Source of the DNA: the human T2T-CHM13v2.0 reference genome, Homo sapiens
Assembly (NCBI RefSeq): GCF_009914755.1
Contig: NC_060932.1
DNA length: 64,000 bases
Strand: one strand, 5' to 3'
Shown here: one piece after another, positions 62,935 through 64,000 of the stretch
How positions within the stretch are numbered: position 1 is the stretch's first letter
Layout: each line of letters opens with the position of its first letter
Notes under the pieces: generated by a model
Seen by the model: only the letters and a program-made list of their open reading frames with translations
Database searches by the model: none
Told to the model about the DNA's origin: nothing
Position numbers and translations under genes: made by a program

Positions 62935-63228
62935 TTTTTGTTTGTCTGAGACAGGATCTTGCTCTGTTGCCCAGGCTAGGGTGCAGTGGTGAGATCACAG
63001 CTCACTGCAGCCTTGACCTCTCCAGCTCAATCAATCCTCCCATCTCAGCCTCCTAAGTAGCTGGGACCACAGCCCATGTCACCATGCCCAGCTAATTTTT
63101 GTATTTTTTATAGAGACAGGGTTTCATTGTGTTGCCCAGGCTGGTCTGGAACCCCTGGCCTCAAGTGATTCACCTGTCTTGGCCTCCCAAAGTATTGGGA
63201 TTACAGGCATGAGCCACCACACCCAGCC
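62935..63228 (-). mobile_element. Alu (AluJ-type)
   Basis: Antisense AluJ; TSD CTCAC[C/T]ACCTGGA. Confidence 0.92.
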
Positions 63229-64000
63229 CTCACTACCTGGATTTGGCTTTTGTTGCCACCTCTCAGATAACCCTTGTTTCCATGATCTATGAGCCAGTTT
63301 AACCAAACCCAGAGTTAATTATCATATCCTAAGACAACTAATGAAAAGCACTGGGCTTAGTATAAAGCACACCCACTCACTCCCCACCATCTCTTTCCCC
63401 TGGCTCCCACCATATAAAATGATCCAATTTTGACATAAAATTTCTAAAATAAAACCTTGGTTGAAAGCCAAGTCTTTGGGAACCTGTACTTTCACGTTAG
63501 GAGGTTACAGACTTATTCCAACGATAAGTGCTTTTTGCACACAAGTGGCCTTTTGGAATTGATTTCTGAGTTCTGGGACACACACAGGCTTTTGAATGTT
63601 CTCAATAGTGGTAAGCCTTAAACCTTCTGAAGACAGATTGTATTTCTTTGGAATGAGCCAAAAGTGTTTAGGAGACAAATCTGGTGAGCGTCCAGCTGGG
63701 AAATACCATTTGGGTCAAAGCTATAAAGTATCAAGAGTGATTTTCTGGTGTGGTTTGAAAATTAGCTCTAAAAGTCATTCCAAAAGAGGCATTCCAGAAA
63801 TGTATATGGCAATAACACCATCAATGGAATAAAAAATGTTTTATCCCCTAAATTGACTACTAGATGGATAATGCTATTTCATGCCTCCATTCCTTTAAAT
63901 ATGCTATTTGGTCCCTTCCCCTACAGTGCAAAGCCCTCACCCTCACTCTATCTCCCCAAATATCTAATTTGTTTTCTTCCATCAAAATATATGTTTCTAG

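Overview
Primate (most likely human or other catarrhine, since young AluY copies are present) non-coding genomic DNA, intronic or intergenic. I find no credible protein-coding exon, RNA gene, CpG island or prokaryotic system. The supplied ORFs are short, and many are translations of Alu or simple repeats. The window holds about 38 Alu-family elements (J, S, Y and one FLAM-like monomer), solo LTRs (MER11C-like, MER41B, THE1C, MER21, LTR16, an LTR47-like ERVL LTR, MLT1), hAT DNA-transposon fossils (MER45A, MER33, MER58B, MER5), old L1/L2/MIR fragments and microsatellites. Family calls come from recalled consensus sequences and visible target-site duplications (TSDs), not from a database search. 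Most notable observations: a MER41B LTR with three STAT GAS motifs; a repeat-free segment with a G4, a kB site and an ISRE; two perfect GGGAAATTCC kB sites; a perfect 15-bp inverted repeat; a 115-bp, 96%-identical dispersed duplication; three short tandem duplications; a four-element nested transposon stack; a THE1C with a DUX4 motif; and an Alu tail expanded into (AAAGG)17 plus (GGAA)21. I cannot identify the host gene and cannot support a novel biological system beyond these regulatory and structural hypotheses.
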